Source: Laetmonice hystrix
Taxonomy: Eukaryota
Direction of reading: 5' to 3'
Length of the DNA stretch: 64,000 nucleotides
NCBI GenBank assembly: GCA_965235115.1
Contig: OZ249448.1
Span: forward strand, 3,658,001 to 3,722,000
In this document: in pieces, positions 21,344-34,900 of the stretch
How the letters are laid out: each line of letters opens with the position of its first letter
How positions within the stretch are numbered: position 1 is the first letter of the stretch
Translations under genes and position numbers: made by a program
The notes under the pieces: generated by a model
Told to the model about the DNA's origin: nothing
Database searches by the model: none
Seen by the model: only the letters and a program-made list of their open reading frames with translations

Positions 21344-24300
21344 TGGTAAATGCCGGTTGTGCTTCGTGCTGAGTATCCACGGATTTTAATTGATCTCCAA
21401 ACCCCTCAAGTATCACCCTCGACATGAGCGCACCCCGACCCACCCCTGACACCCACTCCCGGGAGTCAAGGAGGGTTGTCGAGGTCGCATCTAGGGCAGA
21501 AACCGTTGGTAGTGCATGAATGACGTTATGACGTCATGAGTGACTGCGGGGTTGGTGGTTGTACGCCATGTCGGTATCTAAGGCCACCTTCCCCGGCGGA
21601 AAGACGGTAACACTAATAATTGTTGGGTAAGGGAGCGTTTGTTTTCAGGGTTCTATACGGCATGACGTGTGGCCTAAATAAACACGATCCCATTTATGTT
21701 TATCTTGATGCCATATTCATGGCCTGCGGTATAGGACTACTCACGCTGGATTCGGCCAAACGGCAGGATATGTCCGGTGAAACCAATTATAGATATGTCC
21801 GCAGATCTATATATTTATTATCTCTAGAGACATAATTAGATAAGCTAAGCCTGTACTAAGATCTAGGAAATATCGACACCATTTGGGCTTTATCTATAGC
21901 CTGAACAGGTCTATGGCGTTTTTGGTCACTAGGCCTATGAACAATGAAGTCAAATATTTCTACATGTATTAGTTATGCAAAATTCGTCATATAATTCGGA
22001 TCTTTGACACAATACAAAGACCTATAATCATTCCACCTTTCAAAGATAGGCTGAGAAACAATTGGGAGAAAAGGTAGTCTAATAGTTTTGCTTTATTATT
22101 TTATATTATATAATAGGCCTAAGTAGTGGTACAATAAGCCATGTTCTATATATAATTCGAAAACAAAAGAATGTTGTCAACAGGAAAGACGTCTCCAGGG
22201 TGTAGATTCTACATTCTGGCCTTTACTTTTATTACATTCAGAGTTTTCGCTTTTCTGTGCATCTGAACCTAAAACCTGAAAGCCTGGACCGTTATAGTAG
22301 TTACCCACTGGAGATGTACATATGGCAAAGATGAAACGAAGTGATTTCACACTTTTGCACTTTGCAGTCGGAAAGGTGTGAGGACAAGTGGCGTTGTCCT
22401 TCAATTGGACGCCACATTGAGCGACACCTACCGGCGTGCGACCATATGGCAGACGACAGTTTTTGTCAGGCCGCAGCGCCGCCTACCGCCCGCTGCTAGC
22501 GTGGTGGCGCTGCGATCGCCTGACCTCGCCGTTCACACTCGAGTCCCGGGGTTACGTCATTGTCAGTGAAGAGGTGATGAAAGAAGATTTGTTTATCGAC
22601 GGTTAGATTTGATTAAGTCAAGGGATTTTCGGATTTGAGTCCACATGCACGCGTACGCGACTAGTAATCGGATGATTATGTTGGTGGCCAGATGCTTCAC
22701 AGGGTGGCAACGCATTGGAGCAAAACAAACATTGCTTTAAGTACGCCAGCTTTGCTTCGGATCCAATAATTCTTAACGTACAGTACAATAACAGAACTTG
22801 AAGGACAATATATGGTCCAAATAAATCTCTACATTTAAAATATAAGCTCGAACCGTTATTTTCGTTATGTCCTATATGACCAATGTTTTAACCAACCTAC
22901 TCACCCACTTTCCTATAGCGGTCTACATCTTTAAAGGTTGCCTCAAAATTTAAATATTCCCAACGAAGTTATTTAGTCTCCCTTTCAATCCCAATCTCCC
23001 CCCCCCCCCCAAAAAAACACACTTTCTTTAACAGATAACAGACAATATTTTTATGCGACAAGATGATAAAGACATGTGGCCATCATGAAATAATATCATG
23101 CCTTTCCATTTTTGCAATGTTGAAAATGATCCCCATCCTTGTAGTTAAATACGTTCATATTTACACATTTTTACACACTCTTTTTATCCACCGACGATCG
23201 TGGGCTGTTTCCTGGCTGTAGGGTCCCTATGACCAACCTGTTTGTGACATGATCATATGTTAGAAGTATAGTAGCCCGGGGAAGGTATAGCATGCATTTT
23301 ATACTTCATTGATATATCACTATACCACCGGCGTTATAATTGTGACCACCAATGATTAATTATTACAGTGTAAACACATTGAACATTGCGGGGGGGGGGG
23401 GAGTTATTAATAATAAACCAGATCAATATAATAATATAATGTACTCCCAGACATAGCCCATACAGCAGCTTCAGGAGCACAGATATAGACAGATATACTT
23501 GTAATCCGTGGGATATACATTCCTGACACCTCGATCCCTCCCCCTCCTCCCTGGTCAAGTACCTCCCCAGATGTCATGAATATTCCGGCCCATGATTTAG
23601 GCACGCAACCCTCCGATGCGGACCCCCCACCCCCATCACCACCCCCACACCCCACCCCACCCTAACCCCCGCCCCAACCCGTGGCCTGGTCCACTCATTT
23701 ACCATTCCCATCACCGCATCACAAGTGTTGCACCCTTTGGCACCGTTATTATCCCCCACGCTGAAAATTATTGATAAATACGGTCTGTTTAAATCGGTCG
23801 CCATGGCGACCACCAATGGCCGGGCATTGTGCACGTGCATACAGGTAGGCTGTGTGGATGGTGCAGAACTTAAATGAGCCCCGTCCCGGGACAAGGTCTT
23901 CAGTGGTGGCGCTGGGGGATGGCTGAACGGTTCCAGCATCGACACACAGGTGTGGTCCCAGACGACAGGTGAGAATTGGTCGCAGCTAACGCCGTCAACA
24001 CCACCGCGGGCTCCAACCTGTACACTCGAGAACCGGGGCCAGCACGTGTAGTAATAATTACTGCTCTCTACGGCTGCTGCTATACTACTATATCATCGTT
24101 ATCATCATTATTAACATCATCAGTGCACATCGTTAGTGTTGTCGTCGTGTGAGTCGTCATTCATTAAGACCATCGCCGTCGGCATGATGAAGATGAGGAT
24201 GATGGGCACACATATCAGGTGAGCTGTTACTGGTCTCTGCTGTGTTAACTTTGAGCCCTCGCATGACGAGATATCACCCAGGGAGTAAACGAAAGGAGGC

Positions 24301-27300
24301 AGGGAGGAAGGGGAGGGGGAGGTCTCTGTCTGATAATGAGTTAATTAATACCCGCGTGGTTCACAGTATGCCTAGAGTATCCTCTCATACCTGGTTACAG
24401 TACGAACCAGAATACACGACATGGTCCTAGTCAGAACCAGTGGTAGAATCCAGTCACGGGGTAAGTAGGGCCACTTCTGGGCCGCTTTGTGTAGGATAGC
24501 AACCGATAACATCAGCTATAGCGACCTTATCAGTCACGCTTTGCCCCGGTGAGTCACGTGTACCGTTGGTTCGATATCTGTGAGGTGGACGAATGTAGTC
24601 CTCAACCCATTCATATCAATACAAGTTCAACAACCGGCATTGCATGTACTGTGAAAAAAGGTGTCATAGTCTAAAGTCTAGAGTCTGGAGGTCTAGAGGG
24701 CTGGCTCTGTTTTGGTGATTTGGTTCATCAATTGTAATACCTTGCAATCAGAACTATTTTAAATGATGGGTTGAATCACTTATGAGTTGTTGGGGAAGAT
24801 GATTATAATAAGAAGAGTGGCAAAATCTTTTAACAGAAAAAAAATTATAATAAATAGAGTAGAATTAGTGGCCTAATTAGGAAAGGGTTTATTCCAGAGG
24901 GGTTCCTAAGGTTAGCCTAGACATATTCCATATAACCCAGTTAAAGCGATTTAAATGTTCAGGTGTGCCAAGCATACAACCTATAATATTATGTTTGTTT
25001 GCATATCAATTTCATTCGAAATAACTTTTCAAACATTGCAGAGAAAATGAAACGACTCCTCAGAAAGGCCATAATTGTTATGTCCATGCGAAGATAAAAT
25101 GACAGGACTAGAGCGATACCGTAGTCGTCCTAAAAATCGGCCACTCTATACTGAAATTGATTAAAAAGATTGATACATTATTGGGCTATAAATAACCAGG
25201 GTATCCTGTACACAGGACCACCAGACCCACCAACTATCGCTAATCGTAAGCAGGTCTTGCTTTTACGACTCCACAACTCCTAAGTCATCACAATTTGTCA
25301 CTGTCCGGGGAAATCACTCTGTCCATAGGACAGTTCCGTTGTAACAGGTAGCTTTCCCCCTCGACCATGGCTGCGAGCGTGGTTACCACCATTTCCTGCA
25401 GGGCGAAGTTCAACAGCCTCTGCTGTGAAGACGACGATGTCCTGGGCCTTTTGCATGCATAAAATATAAACCGTCCGTCCTTCCCACCTCCAACTGCCTG
25501 CATGTTCACTGCACCTTCACTGGTTACACGATAGTTGGAATGCTTCCTTTCGCGAATCATTAGAGAAATGAATTTATTTTATTTCTTCAATCTTTATTTT
25601 CCTGGCGGCGGGATGCAGTGGGTTTCGGAGTGTTAGTATTTTACTACAAATTGTTCTGTTTGGCTTTAACGTGAATTCACATGATGTTGTGATTATCTAT
25701 GATATAGATTCACAATAATTCACACATCCACGTTGATGTTGTTTGCAACTCAAGCCAGCATCATTTGACCGTATTTGTTATACCTCCCAGTGCATGTTCG
25801 GTTCGTGCGCGCAGTGCACGCTGGGACAGGTAGGGTGGGAGACGCACTGACTCAGCGTTTGGCACACAAACCCAACGTTAATATTTAAACGCTAATAACG
25901 AATCATGCCAAATCGCCAGTCACACCAGTCCGTGATATTTGGCTATTAGACCCACGCGATTGGCCTCGAAGCTTAAACCATGCAATAAAACTAAACAGAC
26001 GCGCATTCCTGGACCGGATCTTGAAGGGATAAGAGCAGGGCATATCTTTACAGAAGTTGACGAAATTGTTCTACGCACAGGCAGCAATACCAAAGACGCA
26101 CACACATAAGCCTATTTGAAAGATGGCGTCAATGAATACGCACATATCTATGTCGAATTGTGAAGATCATTTAGGATACTGACTCAAATGTCAGTTTATG
26201 TCATGCTAACCACAAAAGATGGTTTTGTTAACCGTATACGCTAACACTAGTAACAGAAGCCTTTACTAGTCAATTGCCATCATGATTTACTTGAGAAATA
26301 CATGACGTTAGTGATACTAAGATATTTCAATAAATTGTTTCATGAGTGGTTTAAATAAATAGACTAAATAAATAACTCAAACTGATATAAAGTAGATTAA
26401 TCATTATTTTAATTTTTTTTTATCTCAGTGGGAAAATATTTCATACGTCCTTTGATCGGTGTAGGCGATATTCAATTAAATAATTGTTACAAACAGGTAA
26501 CCCCATTATTCAATTATTTTTAGATTTTCTTTTGATAAAAAGAGCTACTGGAAAATGCATGAAAAAAAACTCGCTAAATGCATGGGCATTTAACTTTGCT
26601 AACTGAAGACGCACATCAGACGCTTGTGTCGACATTACACTGAGCTCTTGAGCTGGTGGCATAATGAACTATTAACCCGGATCTCGTATGTATTTCAAAG
26701 AGAGTCATTCACCACGCTCGCCTGACGTTGAATGGCTATTTTGTTATGAACAAACAAGACTGTTGGCAATTATGTCGTTAGGAATAAACAGAAGAGTGGG
26801 GGCGGGGGAGGAGGGGGGGGCCTGGTTGTAACGGAGCAGTTGATTGGGTAACGTGAGCAAACGGGGTCTACAACAGCAAGACAAGGGGGGCTCGACGCGT
26901 CGGAATCAATGCTCAAGCCAAGTGCCCGCTGCTCTGTCAATGTTTGCTCGCTCAATATTCATATAAAATTTTCGAGTATTAATTTGTTATATTTGTGATC
27001 CAATATGAGGGATCGTTTCTTGCTACCAGCGGGGGCGGTGGACAGTTAAAAGGTTTTGCTAGATACCAAAATTGATATAAATGTCACCCATCCCATCCAC
27101 AGTTCCACATTATTTTCGTTCTATATGTTGAATTGGCCGAGTGACGTTCAGGGAACAAACCTTGCGGTATACCAATAAATCATCTATCCCCTCTATCCCG
27201 TATATAGCATTTTAAATTTCAAACATTCATAAACATCACAAACTAGGCTCCATCAATGCTAGCCTATAGATAAACTAATTTCATGTTCGTTCAAATTATT

Positions 27301-29283
27301 GCCAAAGCGTTGCCCGCAATTAGGGGAGCACTGCCTTATAAATTTTCTTTGGCATCCCAACCTTCTTTTTTTAAATTTTTCTAACAATTAAATACCTTTC
27401 CTTGTTGAGGTCTGTAGGGAATGGTAGAGCTCTACATTTTCCTCTCTCAACCAAATCAGCCGCGACTACACCACACTGGCTACAGCAGCATGTATCATGT
27501 AACAGGATAAATAAGGTCCCCCCCCATATTTAAGCTCAAAATCACAATCGGTACACAGAGACTTTCGTTTCAACTGCGAACAAAATGATAGGTCCGACTC
27601 GAACATCGGAGTTCGCTGTGAAAATGTCATGTTTGCAGCAAAGCGCACGCAGCCGTGGTGAAACGCTCGCCTCCCAAATACCCGGATGATGACGTAGGAC
27701 CATAAAACAGTCTCGATACCGACGATAGTATCGCGGTAAAATGTCGGCGCCTTGTTTTCGCTATAATTACGAGTGTAGTTGCATGTACCTGCAGCCAAAC
27801 TTTCTCTTTTCACGTCCCTGGTGCCATCCAAATTGACGCATAAACCGTGTATTTTTTTCCACTTTATCATGACTAGTGTTCAGTCACAGCAAGCCAAAGA
27901 CATGAATGTGTTTCTACTTTTGCATGTGTCGGTACATTTTCTAGGTAGTCAGAGTAATTTCTCTGGAATAGATTTTTCTGGATATTTGATGTAATACCAG
28001 ATAATTGACAAACGTTTATTAGAAAGCGTTGCTTAGAGGTTTTCCCTTCCAAGTGCCAGCCCCAGCGTAGAAGGCAAACGTATTCGGAATGAAAAAAATC
28101 ATTATAAAATAGCTGGATTTCGGGAGGTTATATGTCTACAATAAGAATTTGCCTGTAGTTCTATGTCAGAGCGAATCCCATTCAATCCAAATTTCGCTTT
28201 ATTTAGCTCTGCCTCCTAAACAATTTTGAATCAATAACGGACACAATCTTCGCGGCGTCTGCAGGAAAACCTTTCATTAATACGCAATAATTTCTGTCAA
28301 TGTTGTATCCGGTATGGGGAGTCTGACTAAAAATCAGTCTTCACGGGCCACGTGTAGGCTCCCGGAACCAACGTCGGTAATTGTTGTAATAACTAAATTC
28401 ATGAAATTGTAGTCATCAATCTTGGGGGAAGTAACAGGGAGGGGAGACGGGGAGGGGGTTGGGATTAAGCATCAACACGCAGGACTGAGCACGTGCGCCT
28501 AGCGGGAGATTCGGGGTCACTGTCGCGGAACGTTCTGATTGGTTGAAATCTGACCAATAACAAATAGCGCAGTGATGGATGGCGCAATTGTTCTATTGCT
28601 CTATACATCAGCCAGGTGCCGAACCCCCAAACAAGCCTACGTTTTTTCTCTCTTTTTTTTCGCAGGTAGCCCAGACAAATATTTTGGCTCTATGTAAACA
28701 ATTACCCGTAAACCTGGCAAGCGTTGCTGAGGTTGATTCGATTAACACGATTACTTGCACGCGATTTGAGTTTTGCTTTATCATGTAAATACATTTCTCA
28801 CTATATATCCAAGTACATCTTCAATTTCCCTACAGGCATCACGTCTGCCCGCCCCTAGAAACGTGAGCAAACGTGTTCGTTTTCTTCCACAACGTGTCGG
28901 ATGTTAAACTTGCCTTAACACGCCCCAACGGCGTCTCCGAAACGGCTTTGGTTTCGTATATTATAAAACTACAATCTAGTAATAGGTAGACTATTCAGGT
29001 TCTTAACTACATGCAAGCTTACCACAATATAGATCTACACTTTATGTCTCTGACATGAACACTAACCGTGACCTACCAGCAGGGGTGAACCTGAACTTAT
29101 AGCTTGTGGTCAGGAGTTCAACACGACCAGTGCACGACAGCCTTTGTGAAGGTCCGACAAACACTGCTCAATCATCAGAACTTTTGCCATATAAATAGAT
29201 AATTATACTTTAAAGTAAATAAGTCTTGCCAGGTTATTATGACGACGATCTAAATGATCAGGAATATCCTTCCCTTCAAAGAA

Positions 29284-29892
29284 CTCCCTACATCAGGCCT
29301 ATCCTCCCCTTCATATACCTCCCTGTATCAGGCTTATCCTCCTCCACCTCAAACCGCTCCCTACATCAGGCCTATCCTCCCCTTCCTATAACTCCCTGTA
29401 TCAGGCTATATCTCCACCTCAAACCGCTCCCTACATCAGGCCTATCCTCCCCTTCATATAACTCCCTGTATCAGGCTATATCTCCACCTCAAACCGCTCC
29501 CTACATCAGGCCTATCCTCCCTTCATATAACTCTCTGCATCAGGCTTATCCTCCACCTCAAACCGCTCCCTACATCAGGCTTATCCTCCCCTTCATATAA
29601 CTCCCTGTATCAGGCTTATCCTCCACCTCAAACCGCTCCCTACATCAGGCCTATCCTCCCCTTCATATAACTCCCTGTATCAGGCTTATCCTCCACCTCA
29701 AACCGCTCCCTACATCAGGCCTATCCTCCCTTCATATAACTCTCTGCATCAGGCTTATCCTCCACCTCAAACCGCTCCCTACATCAGGGTTATCCTCCCC
29801 TTCATATAACTCCCTGTATCAGGCTATATCTCCACCTCAAACCGCTCCCTACATCAGGCCTATCCTCCCCTTCATATAACTCCCTGTATCAG
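29284..29892. repeat. Minisatellite, ~9 x 69-70 bp (two related ~35-bp halves)
   Basis: Unit CCCTACATCAGGCCTATCCTCCCCTTCATATAACTCCCTGTATCAGGCTTATCCTCCACCTCAAACCGCT. Confidence 0.95.
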
Positions 29893-30534
29893 ACCTGCCC
29901 CCCCTCCTCCTCAAAGTACTCCCTATATCAGGAATGTCCTCCTCAAAGCACTCCCACTTTTTTACGTTGTTTTACGTTTTGTTTGTTGAGCTTAAATTAG
30001 GTACAAATAAAACGGTTTCCTCTAATGACAAAAAAACGGGCAAAAGAAGATCGCTTTTTTTCAATTTAATAGAAAATATCCAATGTTGACTCTAAATTTC
30101 GCAATGAAATAGCTATACACAAAATGAAGTAGTTAGTTGCAGAATTCGGTTAAGGACTCAAGTATCATACAAAATGTGTTTTAGGAATGCCGATTTTACA
30201 CTTGTTTACCCTCACTTCAATATGGCATTTCCCTCATCTATAGCAGTTATTTAATATTAAGTTCAATGATACTAGCCGGGAGATCATGTTTGGGTTTACG
30301 ATCAGCAAGGCCTAGGGTTGACACAAGTTTTATGTGTAACGATAATAGATCAATTATTATAATTTATATCCACCTTTCCGGGACACCACTGACAGGTACG
30401 TGAGCCATGCCAATTACTTGATCAAGTTTAATCCAATTCTGATTCGCTCTGATCCGAGGGAATGGATCGGATTACCTTTACAAGGTATCTGGGGTTACTC
30501 TGACGACTGTAAGGTATTATCCTTGTAAAGATTA

Positions 30535-30690
30535 CAGGGGTGTCGGAAAGAGGGGTCAGGGGGAGCCAGGGCCCCCGTTAATACCTAGATTCGCCCCTGT
30601 CAAGGCATAATTATGCTGACCAGAGATGAACGGTCCCTGGCTTCAGCCCCCCCCCCCCCCCCAAACGATCAATAGCTTCCGACACCCCTG
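30535..30690. mobile_element. 156-bp MITE with 5-bp TSD (hAT5-like)
   Basis: Perfect 14-bp TIR CAGGGGTGTCGGAA. GATTA flanks both sides (30530-30534, 30691-30695). Confidence 0.7.
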
Positions 30691-31025
30691 GATTATAAAA
30701 TGATACGATATAATGATATATCCTCATGCGCGTTTCAGATTTCCAGTAGCTTTTAACTGTCACTGCATGGTCACCTCTGTGCTTTCATTCCAAGTCAAGG
30801 TCGGGAGATCAGCCTAGAAATTGACCGAAATTTGGAGGTCGTGTAGGCATGTGAATCTGTGTACATGTATAGAGACCAGCCATGTTAGATGGGTCAGAGA
30901 TAAAACATTGAACCCGGGAGAATGTTATACCAGGAAAGGGGGGAGGGTAACACCCCGACTTCCCATACCCCCATACGTAACCCCCCCCCCCCCCCCGTCC
31001 GTGGCATAGATCGTTCTGATAGACT

Positions 31026-31957
31026 GAAGATCTGGTATTTATTTGACAATTTCACGAGTTCCCCCGGACACCGTTTCTGAAGATCTGGTATTTATTTTAC
31101 AATAATTTTATTTCACGAGTTCCTCTGAACACCTTTTCGAAAGATCTGGTATTTATTTTACAATTTCACGAGTTCCTCTGGACACCGTTTCTGAAGATCT
31201 GGTATTTATTTTACAATAATTTTATTTCACGAGTTCCTCTGAACACCTTTTCGAAAGATCTGGTATTTATTTTACAATTTCACGAGTTCCTCTGGACACC
31301 GTTTCTGAAGATCTGGTATTTATTTTACAATTTCACGAGTTCCCCCGGACACCGTTTCTGAAGATCTGGTATTTATTTTACAATAATTTTATTTCACGAG
31401 TTCCTCTGAACACCTTTTCGAAAGATCTGGTATTTATTTTACAATTTCACGAGTTCCTCTGGACACCGTTTCTGAAGATCTGGTATTTATTTTACAATAA
31501 TTTTATTTCACGAGTTCCTCTGAACACCTTTTCGAAAGATCTGGTATTTATTTTACAATTTCACGAGTTCCTCTGGACACCGTTTCTGAAGATCAGGGCC
31601 CGGTTTTTTGGTTGAGCTTGAGTCAAGTTTGAGACGAAAACCTCGTCTCAAGCTCACGGCCCTATGGGTCGACTCATAGGGCCGTGAGCTTGAGACGAGG
31701 TTTTCGTCTCAAACTTGACCCAAGCTCAACCAAAAAACCGGGCCCTGGTATTTATTTTACAATTTCACGAGTTCCTCTGGACACCGTTTCTGAAGATCTG
31801 GTATTTATTTTACAATAATTTTATTTCACGAGTTCCTCTGAACACCTTTTCGAAAGATCTGGAATTTATTTTACAATTTCACGAGTTCCCCCGGACACCG
31901 TTTGGGCAGATCTGGTATTAATTTTATTTTACAATTTCACGAGTTCCCCCGGACACC
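31026..31957. repeat. Satellite of 53-bp (A) and ~61-bp (B) monomers with higher-order structure
   Basis: A = GAAGATCTGGTATTTATTTTACAATTTCACGAGTTCCTCTGGACACCGTTTCT. B carries an AATTTTAT-type insertion and ends GAACACCTTTTC. Confidence 0.95.
31597..31744. mobile_element. 148-bp near-perfect palindromic MITE (Harbinger-like, CWG target)
   Basis: 74-bp arms with 2 mismatches, centred on GTCGAC with no spacer. Flanked by CAG and CTG at the host GATCTGGT site. Confidence 0.8.
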
Positions 31958-34900
31958 ACCTGAACCCTACGGTTGTGAACTCCTGAACCACCCAGGCTGA
32001 TTGGTTGACTTGCCATATCCCATGGCACATTGATAAATCGGCTTAATCTGCCACGACCATGTATTAATGATGAGCACGGGGAATATTTTATGACAATGGC
32101 CATATGTCAGTGCGCTGCTCGTTGTTGCCAAGATCATCCAAAGAGAACGCACAGACCATGCCGAAAGAACCTCATGATCTATACTTTGATCATCGGAACG
32201 TATTCATTTTCCAAGTTTTTTTGTGTGTTTTTTTTCGGGAAGAAATTTACTATTTATCCATTTATTTATTTATTTATCCAGTATCCGTTAAGCCAAACTT
32301 CCGAACTGTTTGATTTCTTGCTAAGATCATGACATCACCTCTAACGATACCCAATAACCATCCCTATAATATACTGCTATACATATGGTACAATCTCCTA
32401 CCCCGCCCTCTAACCTATAATTATATACCTTTCTCATTAGATCTCATCTATACGACGAAACTCGTAATCTATATATATGTAAGCATGCTGTAATCACCTA
32501 TAGATTGATGCGACGTCAATACAAACAGAATCACCTGTGATTAAAACACTGGCTGACAGATGTTACCTGGATATATTAGCAGGAAGGAAATGGTCAGTAT
32601 CATCTGGTACCAATCAACATACCTGACACAACAGATGTTGGGGTACCCAAGTCGGCAGACTTTAAAAGTAGGGTTGGAGTAGTTTGGGTATATTATGCCC
32701 CCCCCCCCACCTGTCCATCAACCCTTCCTATCTGTTTGGCAACAGCCCATAGCTAATCAGATCTAGCGGCCCGTGGCATGCACACATGCTGTCACGCCTG
32801 CACGCGCACGCATGCACGCACAAGAACGCTACAATCACCCCCGCCCCCCGCAACGCATGCGCAGTGACAATAGCGGCAGACGACTTTCCGTCTTCAATCA
32901 TGATTAATCAGAATACCAGTAGAGGGAGCCACCCACAATGACCATGGCGACCGCCGCTCCTTTTCAATTGAGGGGTGTTTACTTTGATGATACTGCTCGT
33001 GATGTTATTGGTTATTTTATAACTATTTGATTTTCATATGTGTGGTTTAACAATAGACTTTTTTTTCTTTGAAAAGAAATAACACTTCTCCTGATCAGTT
33101 CTTGTAGTAACTATTTCTGGGGAGATACATTTTCCATTTTATCCGTACGTTTAAGCAAAATGACCAGGCACATAATAAACTCGTCGCCTATATATAATCT
33201 ATAGTGATGGCACGCGGTATGTTGTTTCATATACAACAATATTCATTTGTTCTCTAAATTAAAACCAGAAAAAAAGATAGAATCTCCATGGCAGTGGTTG
33301 AACCACAAATTAACTGAGAGAACAATCACGCTAGGAGAACGCCTAGTTATTAAACTTTAACGTCACCATTCCGACCTGGGAGGGGCAGCGCAGTTGTAGC
33401 GCGCATGCCCAGCCAGGCCATGGACTTTTGGAACGTATGAACACACCTCAAGCAACCCCCCCCCCCAACCCACGCATGCGCATCGAGTCGAAATCCAACG
33501 TCACGGCTGACTGGACTTAGACAAGAATATACAGCACTAGACGCCACCTGACACGAGTCAGTAGGGCACGGTCGGTCGGTCGGGAATGTTACATGGTGCG
33601 AGCACGTGCATGTTTTGGACATACGCAGTTATAGGCCCCCCAGACATCTGTATAGGCCTATACTCAAGCAAGGACACAGGGACTTCAATGTCACAGTGTC
33701 CTCAACCTAATCTGACGTGACTTGAAGGACGGAATGTTCCACAGTTACATTTATAATACCTGTGATCACCTACAAACGTTTGGGAATTTTCCCAGAGTAT
33801 ATTGCCAGCGGTTCGCAGAAACTTCCAGTTGCAGGTAGGCAGATTTCGCCCTTCGTCATGGTAGCATTATCGCTGGAAATCGGCATGAATTCGCCAAGCG
33901 GGGATTTTGGACGTTTGCCTATTTCAGTGCAGCGGAGGTTGTGGGAGAGTGGTTGTGGTGAAGACCTTTTGCAGGTTTTTGAAATAATCAGGAAGATATC
34001 GGATCGATGACCACGCCGGGTAGTTGTTTGCCCCTTCATCACTGGCCACGATTATAGCGACGTCGCCCTGCCTTCTAATTTCGCATCTGCACTCAATTTC
34101 CCGATTAGCGTAACGCGATAGACACTTTCGACAGCTATTTGGAACAGGATTTATAGCGCTACAAATTTGCCTTCCTGATAGATCAGGAAAAAGGTTATAA
34201 ATTCACTGTTTAGACTCCGATTAAGTTTACAAATTCTAACCGGACTTTCATTTCTTGTATATTTTCAGATAACCGCTTACTTTTACGACGCGTCTGCTCT
34301 ACGTTACGTCCAAACTACAAGTGACGTCATCAGTCTGTGCGTGGTTCTGTATATTTCTGCGTCCACTTTCAAATTTCACAGTTGAACGCAGAGATGTACA
34401 TCACTTACGACAGAGAAGTCTACCCAACGTACGGTCATCCGGAACTATTTCCCGTGGACGCCCAGAGTGTAGACCTATACTCTAACAGGAATTGTATGCA
34501 TCTTTTTCACATTGATATCTTGTTTATGACGTAGGTGCTCCAGGTCTAGACAAAGTAGATCATAACCCATTTATGCTAGAAAAGCTATCGGACAGCTTGT
34601 GTATTATTTAAATGAACACAGGGTTTCTGGATTTGTCATTAGGCAAGCTGTCCATGAAGAATTCTGATGTGAGGCAATTACTAAATGTAAAGCCTTATGG
34701 TGCAACTGTTCATCAGTCTGCAAGCTTACCATTTTTCCATTGGACAATTGCTACCGGTAGCACAACCACTGCAGGACAAGTTAAACACCGCAGTGACACT
34801 GAGGCTTGTACCAAAGGTTGAGTTTACACACGAATACCCTGGCGTTTGCCTATATTACCACCGCCTTTGTCGATCGCGCACTGGATTTTTGTCAGGTAAA

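Noticed and set aside
31026-31957. CRISPR-like appearance of the repeat arrays (also 14485-17058)
   Set aside because: Units are contiguous with no unique spacers, there are no cas genes, and the context is eukaryotic.
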